Numbered from the stretch's first letter, positions 41,846 to 53,429 are shown. The stretch: DNA of 64,000 nt from an uncultured Gammaproteobacteria bacterium (GCA_963797555.1 CAWCPV010000014.1:256001-320000), one strand, 5' to 3'. The notes: generated by a model from the sequence alone, not told the origin. Numbers and translations are program-made.

Positions 41846-42676
41846 ATGATGAGACATGGTTGGCCAGTCCTTGGTGCAGTCGCCGCCGGCTTGCTGTACC
41901 CAATGGCAGGTACGGCCGTCGCCGGGGAGACGCCGCCGGGGCCCACCGCGCAGAGCGCACTCCCCGCGGCCCCGATCAAGCCGGTCAAGGATCCGCGCGC
42001 ACTCGACTTGCTCAAGAAGATGAGCGAACGGCTCGCCGCGGCGAAATCGTTCACGGTCCGCGCTCGCGACATTGTGCCGATGGCCGGGCCCAACGGTCAG
42101 TGGATCAGCCTGATCGGCAGCGTGCATGTAGCGCTGGAACGACCGAACAAGCTGTTGGTGGAGAGAGGCGGCGACCTGACCCCGATGGATTTCTATTACG
42201 ACGGCCGCAGCCTCACGCTGTATGCGCCGGTGGAGAAGCTCTACGCCCAGACCCAGGCTCCCTCCACCATCGACGCCATGCTGCACGGGGCGTTCGACTA
42301 TGCGGAGCACGATTTCCCCTATATCGAGGTGCTGCTGTCCGACCCGTACGCCGCGATGACTCAGGACCTGAACGGCGCCCTCTATGTCGGTGAATCGACC
42401 ATCGACGGCGTCAAAACCGAGCACGTGGCGCTCAGCAGCACGGGAGTCGACTGGGAGATCTGGATCGACGCGCAGGACAACCTGCCGCGCGTGGTGTTCG
42501 CGAAGTACGTCCAGATCGAGAAGGTGCCGACCGTCCTGACGGAAATGTACGACTGGAAGCTGAACCCGCAGATCCCGTCCGCAACGTTCGTATTCGAGAA
42601 GGCGCCAGAGGCGCAGAAAATCGAGTACAAGAGGTCGCCCAAACCGGCGCCGGCCAAGGCGGGAACGGGTCAATGA
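41846..42676 (+). CDS. DUF2092 periplasmic protein
   Basis: Signal peptide, ALDLLKKMSERLAAAKSF, RPNKL, DWEIWID. Confidence 0.82.
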   Translation: MMRHGWPVLGAVAAGLLYPMAGTAVAGETPPGPTAQSALPAAPIKPVKDPRALDLLKKMSERLAAAKSFTVRARDIVPMAGPNGQWISLIGSVHVALERPNKLLVERGGDLTPMDFYYDGRSLTLYAPVEKLYAQTQAPSTIDAMLHGAFDYAEHDFPYIEVLLSDPYAAMTQDLNGALYVGESTIDGVKTEHVALSSTGVDWEIWIDAQDNLPRVVFAKYVQIEKVPTVLTEMYDWKLNPQIPSATFVFEKAPEAQKIEYKRSPKPAPAKAGTGQ

Positions 42677-42728
42677 TGCCGCGCAGAGACCAGACCACAC
42701 GACAGCTCAGCCTGAAAGGAGTGCGACG

Positions 42729-43316
42729 ATGAAAGCTATGAAAGATTGGATGCTTGGAGCGGCGCTGACGGCGCTCGGAATGGTCCCGTTGCAGGATGTC
42801 AGCGCGTGGGCGCACTTCGGCGGCGGACGTGGCTCCTGGGGTCACATTGGGGCAGGAGGTGCTACGTGGGGCCATGCCGGCTTCGGTGGTGCAAGCTGGG
42901 GCCACGCCGGGGTGGGAGGCACGACCTGGGGCCATACCGGCGTGGGAGGTACGACCTGGGGCCATACCGACACCTGGGGCACCCACAATACCTTCGTGGG
43001 CGTGCACAATACATACGTCGGCGGCGCCTATCCCGTTGGCGGCTGTTACAATTGCGGGGCTGCGGCTGCCGCCGTGGGCGGTCTGGCGGTAGGAGCCCTT
43101 GCCGGTGCCGCCATCGCCAGTGCCTCCCAGCCATCGACCACGATCGTGGTGCAGCAGCCACCGACCGTGGTGATCGGGACCCAGGTGCCGACCCTGCCCG
43201 GCGGATGCCAGAAGATGACAGTGAACGGCAACCCTTACTATCAGTGCGGAGCGTCCTGGTACCAGCCGGAACTCGGGGCAAGCGGCGTCTACTACCAGGC
43301 CGTGGGCGCACCATAA
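42729..43316 (+). CDS. Exported Gly/His-repeat protein with C-terminal DUF6515-like segment
   Basis: Signal peptide, GGxxWGHxG decapeptide repeats, LPGGC...YYQCGASWYQP. Confidence 0.75.
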   Translation: MKAMKDWMLGAALTALGMVPLQDVSAWAHFGGGRGSWGHIGAGGATWGHAGFGGASWGHAGVGGTTWGHTGVGGTTWGHTDTWGTHNTFVGVHNTYVGGAYPVGGCYNCGAAAAAVGGLAVGALAGAAIASASQPSTTIVVQQPPTVVIGTQVPTLPGGCQKMTVNGNPYYQCGASWYQPELGASGVYYQAVGAP

Positions 43317-43575
43317 CCCTTGCCATCGACGCGCGGGCGGCAGCGGCAACGCGGCCCGCGCGGAGACGGCCGCGGAGCAGCGGTTCAGGCATCGGTAAAG
43401 CAGAGTGCGGGTGAGGTACGATTGGGGCGGCACGCACGCCGGTTCGCACCACTCCTCTCGCGGCCGCCTCGATCTCCGCTCGGCGAACCGAAACCGATCA
43501 CGACACTGCACACCTGCCCCTTGGGACGGGCGGACGGCCTCTCGTAGAGTAGCTGCGCGAAGACAAACTTCCCGT

Positions 43576-44347
43576 TTAATGTGCGCGCAGGGATTCGGCA
43601 AGGCTGATCAAATTTTGGGGGCTCACGAGAATGATGCCGTGGCGTGGGGTGTCAATGTCCGCTATGAGCATGAACGCGATGGAGACAACAAGCGTGAGAA
43701 CCAAAAACAGTTTGGCTCCGTCTTTAACGCTTCGCAAACCAAAGCCGACCAACACGTTGCAACAGAAGGCGATCGCCGCCATCAGACCCCATGCCGCAGT
43801 TGGGATTCGATTCCACCAAGCAGCCTGCGTGTATCCCTGTGAGTTCAACACATCGTTCATGCCCGAAACGGCCAGCGCGACAATGGGTGTCGGCTGCGCT
43901 GCGGCGGCATCAGCCCGGACTGCCGACCACAGCCCGGTCTGCAGTTGAGCCGTACGGGCGTTGATCGCCTCGAGCGATCCCCGATCGTGGGCCGGCCCTA
44001 TAGAACAAGATACGTTGATCGAGGTAGTTCCTGAGCAGCGCGCGGATTCTCGCCACATCGGCTGCAGGCAGCAGGTCGGCCCGGACGTATTCCGTACCGA
44101 TCGCGTTGGCCTCTGCCTCCTCGTAGTTCTTGCGTTGGTCGTAGCGCTCTGTGGCCATCGAAAAGCTGAACCCGATGATGAGCCCGAGCAGTGTCAGCGT
44201 TGCGGCCAGGATAAAGCCGAAGTCCTGACGCATCTCCTCGTCCAGGTTGTGATGCCTTCTGAGAAAGGCCCCGAACCGCGCCGAGAGCCACAGCACGATG
44301 AAGGACAGCGCGAAAAGAAGCAATGGGTAATGAGTTACGTCGTCCAT
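43576..44347 (-). CDS. DUF4239/bestrophin-like membrane protein (frameshifted)
   Basis: LTLLGLIIGFSFSMA..RYDQRK..EANAIGT; ADIDTPRHGII. Confidence 0.75.
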
Positions 44348-44507
44348 ACTCTATCATGAAGAAAACGGGCGCCCCGTGATGAGGCGCTTGCGGAGTCCAG
44401 AACAAATCTGCCCTGCCTTGCCATCCGGCAAATAGTCTGCAGCGTCGACATATGCAGCTTTAGGGCGCCTGCAATCGCTAAGCGGCTGTTGCCGAATTCA
44501 ACCGAAT

Positions 44508-45290
44508 TCAAAAGAAACGCGCCGGCTCCGGCTGGAATATGACCGGCGCAGCACCGTGGAATTTCGGCCGGGAGTGGGTCAGCACAAAGGTTGCGACGTC
44601 GACCGCCTCTTGCGCCGATAGTGTGTTCGGCGGCGCGCCTGCCGGCATGTTGGTCCGCACGAACGCTGCCATCGTGTCGACGCGATGCATACCCGCGCCC
44701 GTGTTAAAGGAGCGAGGTCCCCAGAGTGGCGGTGCGATCGCGGTCCCGCCGCCGTCCGCGCCGTGACAGGCGGCGCAGCGCAGCTTGAAAACGGCGGAGC
44801 CTCGCGTCGCATCGCCGGACTGCGCGGTCTGCACCGGAATCAAGTCGGGCGGCCTGGGTGAACCGACCGGGTCACCTTTCGAGAGTGAGGCGATGTAGGC
44901 GACGATCGCGATCATTTCGCGGCTTTCGTAGGCGGGCGGCTTTCCGTTCATGCTGTAGAGGAAACATTCGGCGACGCGGTCCTGGATCTCGATGAATCGC
45001 TTGGCACGCGCGTTCCATTGCGGGAAGGCGGCGTACGATCCGAGCAGCGCGAGACCATGCGGGTGCATACCGGCGTCGATATGGCAAGAAGCGCACGTCA
45101 GCGATGCGCCGACATTGTGCGGCATCAGAGTGTTCGTCTCCACGAACAGTTGCTTGCCGTATCCGATGAATGCGGCTGCCGAACTCATCGCCGGGGGCTG
45201 AGCCGCAACCGATGCGGTAGTTGATGCTGCCAGTTGCGATGCGATTCCAAGCGAAGTAAAACCTGCGATAAGGAAGATTGCCTTGTTCAT
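44508..45290 (-). CDS. tsdA: Diheme cytochrome c, thiosulfate dehydrogenase TsdA-like
   Basis: CASCH, RVAECFLYSMNG (conserved Cys ligand position), CAACH, PPLWGPRSFNTGAGM. Confidence 0.78.
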   Translation of the reverse strand: MNKAIFLIAGFTSLGIASQLAASTTASVAAQPPAMSSAAAFIGYGKQLFVETNTLMPHNVGASLTCASCHIDAGMHPHGLALLGSYAAFPQWNARAKRFIEIQDRVAECFLYSMNGKPPAYESREMIAIVAYIASLSKGDPVGSPRPPDLIPVQTAQSGDATRGSAVFKLRCAACHGADGGGTAIAPPLWGPRSFNTGAGMHRVDTMAAFVRTNMPAGAPPNTLSAQEAVDVATFVLTHSRPKFHGAAPVIFQPEPARFF

Positions 45291-45297
45291 TAGCGCG

Positions 45298-45460
45298 TCA
45301 CTTTGGAAACATGAGCAGCACCTGCGCGCGAATCTGCCAATGCGGCCCGAAATCGGGCGTCACGTTGTAGTGGCGGACAATTGCGTGTTCACGGGCAGCT
45401 TGCCGATGCGGAACAGGCGCGGGATAGACGGAAAAGCGCCGCCGAACTCGGGCACCTGGG
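45298..45460 (-). pseudogene. C-terminal remnant of an outer-membrane beta-barrel protein
   Basis: FRIGKLPVN ... YNVTPDFGPHWQIRAQVLLMFPK*. Confidence 0.55.
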
Positions 45461-45744
45461 CTCCTATCGGCCCGCTCCGGCCCGCTCCGGGTGCGCCGAG
45501 TTTTTCAACCAGCCGACATCCAAGGTCTCGCCGATCGATGCGCGCCTAATCCGCCCCTCTTGCGTCGTCTCCGCCGGCCGCTTCGCCGCCCATGGAGCCC
45601 GTGAAGCGGAACGGCATCGGGCGGTCCTAGTCATCCACCAGCGCGCCGGTGTCGGGCCGTCCTCGACCAAGGCTCTCGGGAATCGATGCGGTCCACGATT
45701 TCCCTCCGCCAATGGAGGGTTCCATTCCTGGGCCGGGGCGGGGG

Positions 45745-46353
45745 TCAGCTTCCGCGAATCGACCATCCCATCATCAGCAGGCCGCTTGCGGCGATCCAGC
45801 TTCCGCCGACCCGCACCGCGATTCGCGCCCAGTGCGCGCGCAGCGTCACGACCAGCGCGGCGACGAGGACGACCAGCACGAACACCCCTGAGGCGAGCCC
45901 CAGGGCGACAACGATCGAGTTTGCAGAAAAGCCCATGCCCGTTCCGTTGAGATAGCCGTGAACGAGCCCGAGCAATGCGCTGAGCGCAGTCATCGCCCGC
46001 AGTGAAAGCTTCGCGTCGGCCAGCAACAATCCGCCCAACACCAGAAACCAGATCGATGCGCCGAGGGTACCGGTGCTGGAGACGGCTGCGGTCAGTCCGC
46101 AAAGAACGCCCAGCAGCCACGCGGCCGGGAGCGTGAAGAGCGCGCGCCGTCCGTAAGGTGCGCCGCGCAGCCCGGCCAGGAGGGCCACCGCGAGTGCGGG
46201 CACCAGATCCTCGGGGCTCATCAGAAAGTGCATCAAGCCGTCGTAGATCGGGCCCATGCCGGTGGCATTGAGATGCGCCTCGGCAGGTCCGCAGGTCAGG
46301 GCGACAGCGAGTGCGACGACGGCGCGCGCCCGCGGTGACATCGCAGTGCTCAC
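45745..46353 (-). CDS. HupE/UreJ family membrane protein
   Basis: AEAH, DGLMHF, GLVHGYLNG, RVGGSWIAASG. Confidence 0.8.
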   Translation of the reverse strand: MSTAMSPRARAVVALAVALTCGPAEAHLNATGMGPIYDGLMHFLMSPEDLVPALAVALLAGLRGAPYGRRALFTLPAAWLLGVLCGLTAAVSSTGTLGASIWFLVLGGLLLADAKLSLRAMTALSALLGLVHGYLNGTGMGFSANSIVVALGLASGVFVLVVLVAALVVTLRAHWARIAVRVGGSWIAASGLLMMGWSIRGS

Positions 46354-46952
46354 GCGACCGCCTTCCACAGGAAGAAAACTCCGCCCGCAGCGACCATCGT
46401 GCCGCTGGCGCGCAAGAGCTTCTGACCCCAGGTCCAGCGGTGGACGGTGCCGATACCGATGCCCAGCGCGTGCAAGCATCCGGTCGCGATCACGAAGCCC
46501 ATGCTGTAGAGCAGCGCGCTCTGGCCTGGCGGCAGCTCGGTTCCATGCGCATGGCCGTGGAAGATGGCGAAGAATCCGACCAGCAGCCCGGCCACGACGA
46601 TGGGCGGGCGCACTTCGAACGCGACCGCCGCGCCGAGCAGAATGGCCGAAGCGGCGATGCCGTACTCGACGCCGGGGATCGGCACACCCAGAAAGCCGAG
46701 CATGCCGCCCATTGCCATGACCAGCGGAAACGCCACCGGCAACATCCAGATGGCGGGGGCGCCGAGCTGCGCACCCCACAGTCCAACGGCGACCATCGCG
46801 AGCACGTGGTCCAGGCCGGAGATCGGATGCAGAAATCCGGTCAGAAAGCCGTACGCTTCGCCCTTCAACACATGCGCGCAGGCGGTCTGCGCCCAAAGCG
46901 TCGCCAGCAAGGCTACCGCTTGCGCCGACCGATGCTGAAGTCTTGTGTTCAT
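46350..46952 (-). CDS. HupE/UreJ family protein
   Basis: GFLHPISGLDHVLAMVAVGLW, FHGHAHGTE. Confidence 0.9.
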   Translation of the reverse strand: MNTRLQHRSAQAVALLATLWAQTACAHVLKGEAYGFLTGFLHPISGLDHVLAMVAVGLWGAQLGAPAIWMLPVAFPLVMAMGGMLGFLGVPIPGVEYGIAASAILLGAAVAFEVRPPIVVAGLLVGFFAIFHGHAHGTELPPGQSALLYSMGFVIATGCLHALGIGIGTVHRWTWGQKLLRASGTMVAAGGVFFLWKAVA

Positions 46953-48022
46953 CGCAATGCTCCGACGAGCAGCGCCACGCGCTGCAGGGTCCAGAATGCG
47001 CCGAGCGCGCCGACCGTGTAACCCGGGAGCACCTGCACCCAGCGCGGCCAATCGATCTCAAGAATCCGGAATGAACGGGCCATGGCCAAAATCAGCGCCA
47101 CGAAGCCCAACTGCCCGATCTCGACGCCGACGTTGAAGGAAAGGAGCGCCGGGGGCAGGTCGGCATGCGGCAGCCCCGCGCTGGTCAGCGCGGTGGCAAA
47201 ACCGAACCCGTGCAGCAGCCCGAAAGCAAACGCCACCACCCACGGATGGCGGATGGTGAAGCTCGTCTCGCCCCGCCACACGCGCACGATCTCCGGCCCG
47301 AGGAAGAGGATGCTCAAGGCGATCGCGGCGTTGAGCGGCAGCGCGGGCGCGCTCGCATAGCCGAGCGTCGCGATGGCGAGCGTGATGCTGTGGGCGAGCG
47401 TGAACGCCGTGATCGTCTTCACCAGCATCCAGCCGTCCTTCACGATCAGCAGCAGGCCCAGCACGAACAGCAGGTGGTCGGCGCCGAACAGGATGTGCCG
47501 GATCCCCTCGACGACATAGGTGCCCATCACCTGCCACCACGACTGCGAGGCGGCAATCTCGACCCACGGGTGCGACGGGCGCGCGATCATCTGCATGGTC
47601 CTGCCGTCGAGCAGCTCGACACGCACCAGCGCATCGGTGATCGTGAGCTGCAGCCCTGCAATGTCAATGCGCTTTCCGGCGAGACCTTCGGGCCCGGCGT
47701 CGATCCAGCGTCGCTCGACGAGGGAATCGGCGAGATCCTGAACCACGGGGTCCTTCAGCTTCCTCACGCCATCGGGCATCTGCAGCACGACGGGCAGCCG
47801 CATGCCCGCGAGCACCGGGGTGCGCCAGAGTACGGAGTACTGCCCGGGCGCCGTCTCCTTGATTTCGAGGTACGCAGGCCGCGACTCGTGCGCGTTCGCT
47901 GCAGGCGCGAACAGCCCCGCCGCGAGCAGCAGGCACGCGAAGAAACCGCGGAACCTGGTCAACCGGCTCACGATGGTGGTGTTTCCGCCGCCGGCGCCGG
48001 GCTGCCTTTGGTGGCCGGACAC
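46949..48022 (-). CDS. HupE/UreJ family 2 protein with periplasmic N-terminal domain
   Basis: AHESRPAYL, GIRHILFGADHLLF, AFTLAHSITL, FGLLHGFGFA, FNVGVEIGQL; start uncertain. Confidence 0.88.
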   Translation of the reverse strand: MSGHQRQPGAGGGNTTIVSRLTRFRGFFACLLLAAGLFAPAANAHESRPAYLEIKETAPGQYSVLWRTPVLAGMRLPVVLQMPDGVRKLKDPVVQDLADSLVERRWIDAGPEGLAGKRIDIAGLQLTITDALVRVELLDGRTMQMIARPSHPWVEIAASQSWWQVMGTYVVEGIRHILFGADHLLFVLGLLLIVKDGWMLVKTITAFTLAHSITLAIATLGYASAPALPLNAAIALSILFLGPEIVRVWRGETSFTIRHPWVVAFAFGLLHGFGFATALTSAGLPHADLPPALLSFNVGVEIGQLGFVALILAMARSFRILEIDWPRWVQVLPGYTVGALGAFWTLQRVALLVGALR

Positions 48023-48109
48023 GCCTCGTGGCCCCGTGCGGCGGGAGCGGCGGATCCTATGGCGAGCACGAGCGCCGCCGCGCCCACCCGATCCGCTCCT
48101 CGCGGCGGT

Positions 48110-49125
48110 TCATAGCGCTCCCTCGCCCGATGGCGTGGGGACCCGCGTGGGGGCCGGCGGCGTGGGCGGCGCGGGCGAGTTCTTATCGGGGGGCGCGGGC
48201 AACAGCACCGTGTACTTCGCGCGCATCTCTTTGTACGCCTTCTGCCAGGCGAGCGTCTTCTGCTCGCCGAGCCACGCGGTCTTCACGTCCGACTCGATCT
48301 CCTCGAAGGCCGGCACGCGGCCGGGAATCACGGTGTCGACGAAGACCAGGTGCCAGCCGAATCCCGACTCGATCGGCCCCTGCCACGATCCGGGCGTCAG
48401 CTTTTCGACCGCCAGCGCGAACTGCGGCCCGAACTCCTTGCCGAGATACTCGGGCGCGCGGTCGCGGTAGTAGTCCTGGAACATGAACCGATCGGCGAGC
48501 GCGGCGGCGAGCGGCGAGTCCTCGGGCTGGCCGGCGAGCTTCGCGAGCGCCTTCGCCGCATCCTCTCGCGCGCGGGCGCCGCGCCGATCGGGCGAGAAGT
48601 AGAGATGCCGGAAGCTCAGCCGGGGGGGCAGCGCGAACATGGCGCTGTGCTTCTCGAACCAGCTCTTCAGCTCGGCCGTCGTCGGCTCGTGCGCGGCGGC
48701 CACGTCCTCGGCCAGAAACTGCATCTTCTGCGCCATGCGGCGCTTGACGATCTCGTCGTCCTTGTCGAGGCCCATCGCCAGCGCCTCGCGGTAGAGGACC
48801 TCCTCCTGAACCTTGTTCTCGACCAGGTGGCGGAACTCGTCGGGGGTCGGCTGGCGGCGCCACTGCGACTCGAATACATGGTCGAGCTGGCGCAGGTCGT
48901 CGAGCGTGAGCGCGATCTGCTGGGACGACTCGACGCCGCCGGCCGGGCCTGCAGATACACGTACACGGCGAACAGCGCGGCGCCGAGCAGCAGGAAGTGC
49001 AGCAGCGGCTCGCGCAGCCAGCGTCTCGCCCGCTCCCGCAGGAAGCGGGCACGACCGCGACGGATCGTGCCCACTAGAGGCTGCTGCGTCTCGGCGTTCA
49101 TCCGGCTCCGTGCGGTCGAGCTCAT
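48110..49125 (-). CDS. PpiC/parvulin-like peptidylprolyl isomerase (frameshift near 48950)
   Basis: LREPLLHFLLLG, EEVLYREALAMGLDKDDEIVKRR, WQGPIESGFGWHLV. Confidence 0.85.
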
Positions 49126-49253
49126 GGGGCCTCGCCGGCTCCCGGCGCCTCGAAGCGCGTTGCATTCTGGGCTCGCGGCGGCACCGCGACCCGCGCGCAG
49201 CGCAAGTCCCGCAACGTCTGCGACCGAAATTCGCCTGCTCGATACTCCTGTCC

Positions 49254-51577
49254 TCACCCTTCCCGCGGTCCCGGAGGGACAGCGCGTGTGGCTGCGCCTC
49301 CTCGCCCTTGCCCAGCGGATTCAGGAATAGCGGCGGCTTGGGCAGGATCTCGTAGTTGGCGTAGCCGAACTCGTTGCTGCGCGCGCCGTAGAACGTGTCG
49401 CCCATCTTGTAGAAGGCGACCTCGAACGGGGTCTCCTGCGAGCATGGTCACGAGCTTGCCGTTCTTGATCGAGTAGGCTTGGGTCATGCCGTGATAGCCG
49501 TTCGCTGCGACGTCGCCGACCTCGCTCGGCTGCGGGACGTTCCGGCCGACGTGCCAGACGGTGCTCTGGCCTTCGCGCTGTAGCTGACCTTGAACTGCTC
49601 GCCCGTCACGTCGTTGCGCACCCAGAGGGCCTTGCCCACGAGCAGCTTCTTGACCTGCGCCTCGTTCAGGGCCGTCGCGCCCTTCTGGTCGAGATCGGCG
49701 ACCGTGAGGCCCGGCTTCGCGCTCTTGCGCGCCTCGGCGCTCGGCGTGTACCAGATCGGCGAACTCCACGCGCGCTCCTGTACCGTGGGCGGCACCACGT
49801 CCGGCGGCGCGATGCCGAGCTGGTGGGCCTGGATGGTCGTCCAGCGCGGCGTCGGGATCTCGAGCACCCGCGCATAGTAGAACGCGTGCAGGCTCGGATC
49901 GAACTCCGGATCGGTCCAGACAGTCTTCAGCTCCACCGCGCCGACGGTGTTGGTGTAGGTGGCGTTGTCGATGTCCACAGTGCTCTGGATCGGCGGCACG
50001 ATGCCCGTCCACTTGTCCGGCTTGCGGTCGCCCGCCCAGACCACGTCGAAGATCTTCTCGAAGCTCTGGCCGTCCTTCGTCCAGCCCTTCACGACCTGGA
50101 TGCGGTCGAGGTTGCCCGAGGTCGGGATCCTTCACCGCCCACACGAGGAAGGTCGGCGCCTTGGACTTCAGCGGCGGCAGGTCGCCGCCCATCGGGACGC
50201 CCTCGGCGTAGCCGGTCTTCACCCAGTCGGGCTGGCCGAACGTCTCGGCCCCGTACTCCCAGCCGCCGAAGAAGCGCACCTTGATGTGCGGGCCGGAGAC
50301 GACGAAGGTCTCCTTGCGGTACATCGCGTCCCAGATCGACGCGCGCGTGTTCTCCTCCGCCCACGCCCCCGTCAGCCCGCCGGGGTTCTCGTAGCGCACG
50401 TCGATGCCCGCGAAATTGTGTCCGGCCATGCGGACCTCCGGGGTTCCGTCCTCCTGCGCGTGCCCGCCGTAGAAGTTGTCCTGGCGGTAGGGGCTACCGG
50501 TGTTGTGCGAGTCGGACGCAGCCTTCGAAGCCGAACTTGTAGGGGTTGTAGCCCCGCACGTCCTGCATCGTGAGCCCGTCCTTCAGGGCCTGGCGCGCAT
50601 AGCTGCCGACGATGCCATCGACGCGACCGGACTCCGCGGGCAGCCCGAGCAGCACGCTCACGATCTCGTAGTTGGCGAACTCGTCGTTGGGCGAGAGCAG
50701 GGGGTGGGTCTCGGACTGCCCCTTGATCTGCTTGATCTCGACCAGCCTCTCGTTGCGGTCGCGCGAGGCCGCCCAGGCCGCGTCGATCGGCCGCCCCAGG
50801 CTGTCGACGTCGGTCGGGTACATCCAGCCGTCTGAGAGGTTCGCGTTGTGCGAGATCGCGAGCAGCTCGTTGCCCGCCTTGCGCTGCACGTCCATCCACT
50901 TCCACAGCTCCTCGGGATGCCAGGAGTCGAGGGCGCTGAACGGCATCTCCGGGACCTTGGCGCAGTCGCGGAAGAAGATGTTGCGGTGCAGGTTGCGATT
51001 GTCGAACTGGGAGGTCCACTCGTAGGAGCAGAAGGCGGTGAACTTGCCGGGCTGGTTGGCCTCGTCGGCGATATCGACGTTCTCCTTCCAGATCGTGCCG
51101 GCCACCTGCGGCGTCATCAGGGCCTTGATGGGCGGGCTGGCCATTATCTTGAGCAGCGCCAGGAAGGCGCGCTGTTGCTGCTCCTTGCTGTTCGGGTCGG
51201 TCATGATCAGGTCCTGGACCTCGGGCATCTTGCTGATCGGCGACCCCGGCGTGTTGGCCTCCTTGGTGACCCCGACGTACTCGGAGTGGTCGGTCACGCC
51301 CATGAAGTCGAGCGGCGTGTCGATCTTGATCTCGTAGCCCAGGGGGTGCTTGATCGGTCTCGCCCTTCGCGTACTTGTAGGCGTCCGCGGGACCGGTGAG
51401 GTGGTTGCCGAACAGCCACGCGTCCACCGACCAGCTAGTGTGGATGTGCGTCTCACCGAAGTACGCGTTGCGCTCCGGGTTGGGCTGCGGCGCCGCGGCG
51501 GGAGCCGGCGCCGGGGCGCCGAGCGTGAGGAGCGCAAGGACGGCTAAGGGCGTTGCGAAAAGGCGTGGAGCGGTCAT
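49254..51577 (-). CDS. DUF3604 domain protein (PHP-like metallohydrolase), several frameshifts
   Basis: YFGETHIHTSWSVDA, VTDHSEY, NLHRN, ISHNANLS, KGQSETHP, FYYARVLEIPTPRW, QERAWSSPIWY; 3' end approximate. Confidence 0.85.
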
Positions 51578-51754
51578 GGCGACCTCCTAACAACGATGTG
51601 CAGTACTGATTCGAGACCGGTCCGATGCGCCGGGCCCAGTCCTGCGCGGCCCAGCGCGCCTCTTTCTTGCTTGCCGCTTTTTTGTGAACCGCGGGTGCTA
51701 CTTCACTTCGCTTTCCAGCTTGTGCTGCGCCTCGGATCCAATCTCCTCGGTCGC

Positions 51755-52357
51755 TCAGGCGGCGGCCGGCTGCGCTCCTGCCTTGCCCGCCTTGCGGGCG
51801 GCCAGCGCCACGAACACGTACGACCAGCCGTTGAAGATCAGCTCGATGGACACGAACAGTCCGATGACCCAGAGGCCGGACAGGGGCCAGTGAGCGACGA
51901 TCATGCCGCCGAGCAGCACGGATATTGCGCCGGACAGCAGCGGCCAATACCACCCCTGCGCCGACCGAAGCTGGAAGGCCAGTATGATGCGCGATACGCC
52001 GACACCGATCAGCAGACCCGCAAGCACCAGCGTCAGCGTCACCGAGGCGAGGAGCGGGTCGTCGACGATGACCACACCCGCCGCCACGTACAGCACAGCG
52101 ATCAACACGTGCCACAGGATGCTCTTCCAGCCCTTGCAGGAGATCGCCTGGATGAGCTGCGAAACACCGCCCACCACCAGCAGGACCCCGAACAGCAGAA
52201 TGCTGGCGAGGGTCATTTCGAAGGTCATCCAGAGCCCGACGGTGCCGAGCGCCAGCGACAGAATGCCCAGGGCGAGCAGCCAGCCCCAGTGTTTCTGCAG
52301 ATCGCCGAATGGCGTGCCTTGCAGGGCTGCGAAGACGGATTCATTGGTCGCGGACAT
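51755..52357 (-). CDS. hdeD: HdeD family (DUF308) acid-resistance membrane protein
   Basis: WGWLLALGI, six TM helices, WP...WVIGLFVSIELIFNG. Confidence 0.82.
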   Translation of the reverse strand: MSATNESVFAALQGTPFGDLQKHWGWLLALGILSLALGTVGLWMTFEMTLASILLFGVLLVVGGVSQLIQAISCKGWKSILWHVLIAVLYVAAGVVIVDDPLLASVTLTLVLAGLLIGVGVSRIILAFQLRSAQGWYWPLLSGAISVLLGGMIVAHWPLSGLWVIGLFVSIELIFNGWSYVFVALAARKAGKAGAQPAAA

Positions 52358-52719
52358 GATGCGGTTCCCCCTGGATGCTTAGAGTGCTCTACAGGCTACC
52401 GCTCGCTTGCCCTGCGGGCGCGGGTAGACGGTAGTGCGTTAAAGCTAAGCGGCTCCGCTCTGACAGCCTCGTAACTCTCATTGGCTTGTCGTAATCCGTG
52501 CGCGCCAGCCGCCGTTGTAACCTCGCCGAATCGTATTCGGCCTATGCACCGTAAGTCAATGTTGGAGGGAAACCGGCGGGAACCGGGGACCCTCCGGCAG
52601 GCAGGCACCCGGCCGACGCCTCGATATCTTGTTGGGAGCTGCCGGAAATCGGGCGGCGGTACGCGTGCATCTCCGGCGCTTTGCAGTCGGCTCATCTGCG
52701 CTGCCACGAACGGCGCGGC

Positions 52720-52931
52720 GTGGCGCAGCCTGGACCCAGGGATAGATGGTCGGCAGCAGGCCGGCCCAGCCGAGCAGCTTGACCGCCTCCGCCTCCGGGT
52801 GCTTGCGGGCGATGGCGGTCCGCCCGGGCAGTCCGGCGAGCCAGACCCAAAACGCCACGCCCGCAACCACCGCCGGGAACAGCGTGACGAAGGTCAGGTA
52901 ATCCCAGATGTCCAGATCGAACCCGAGCATG
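52720..52931 (-). pseudogene. DUF3302 membrane protein, truncated
   Basis: MLGFDLDIWDY...LAGLPGRTAIARKHPEAEAV..LGWAG. Confidence 0.6.
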
Positions 52932-53081
52932 GCGTACCTCCGTCCCAGTGCGCGACGGGCAACAAGGTCAGCGGCCGGCATCCTCTTGCCGGCCACTCAC
53001 GGAGGCTAACGGCGTCAGCGGCCCCCGCGCCGGTTGGTGGCGGCAGGGGCTGCGCTTGTGGTTTGCCCGCTAACGCGACCT

Positions 53082-53429
53082 CTACATCTTCTTTTCGACC
53101 TTTTTCGTCTCGGCCTTCGCTGCCGCCTTGACCTTCGCCCAGTCGGCCTTTAGCCGCTGCCAGAAAGAAGCCGGCGGATCCTTGGTGCAGTCGTCGATGA
53201 TCATCGGGATGACTTTCTCGGTGCCATCGATGTCGATCACCGAGCCCTCGGCCTTGCCCGCCTTAGAGTAGGCCGTGGCCGCATACACCACCTTGGGCTT
53301 GAACTGGTCGTCGACGGCGAGAAACTCCTCGCAGGTCCACTTCGAGACCGGCTTCTTGTTCTCGGCAGCGATGGCCGAGGTCGCGACGGCGATGACGATC
53401 ACCGGAAGGGTGAGTTGCTTGAGCTTCAT
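53082..53429 (-). CDS. hdeA: HdeA-family periplasmic acid chaperone
   Basis: Signal peptide, KKPVSKWTCEEFLAVDDQFKP, second Cys in DCTKDP. Confidence 0.85.
   Translation of the reverse strand: MKLKQLTLPVIVIAVATSAIAAENKKPVSKWTCEEFLAVDDQFKPKVVYAATAYSKAGKAEGSVIDIDGTEKVIPMIIDDCTKDPPASFWQRLKADWAKVKAAAKAETKKVEKKM

Noticed and set aside
52390-52450. Possible further attC site
   Set aside because: No matching inverse core and core pair or convincing hairpin.
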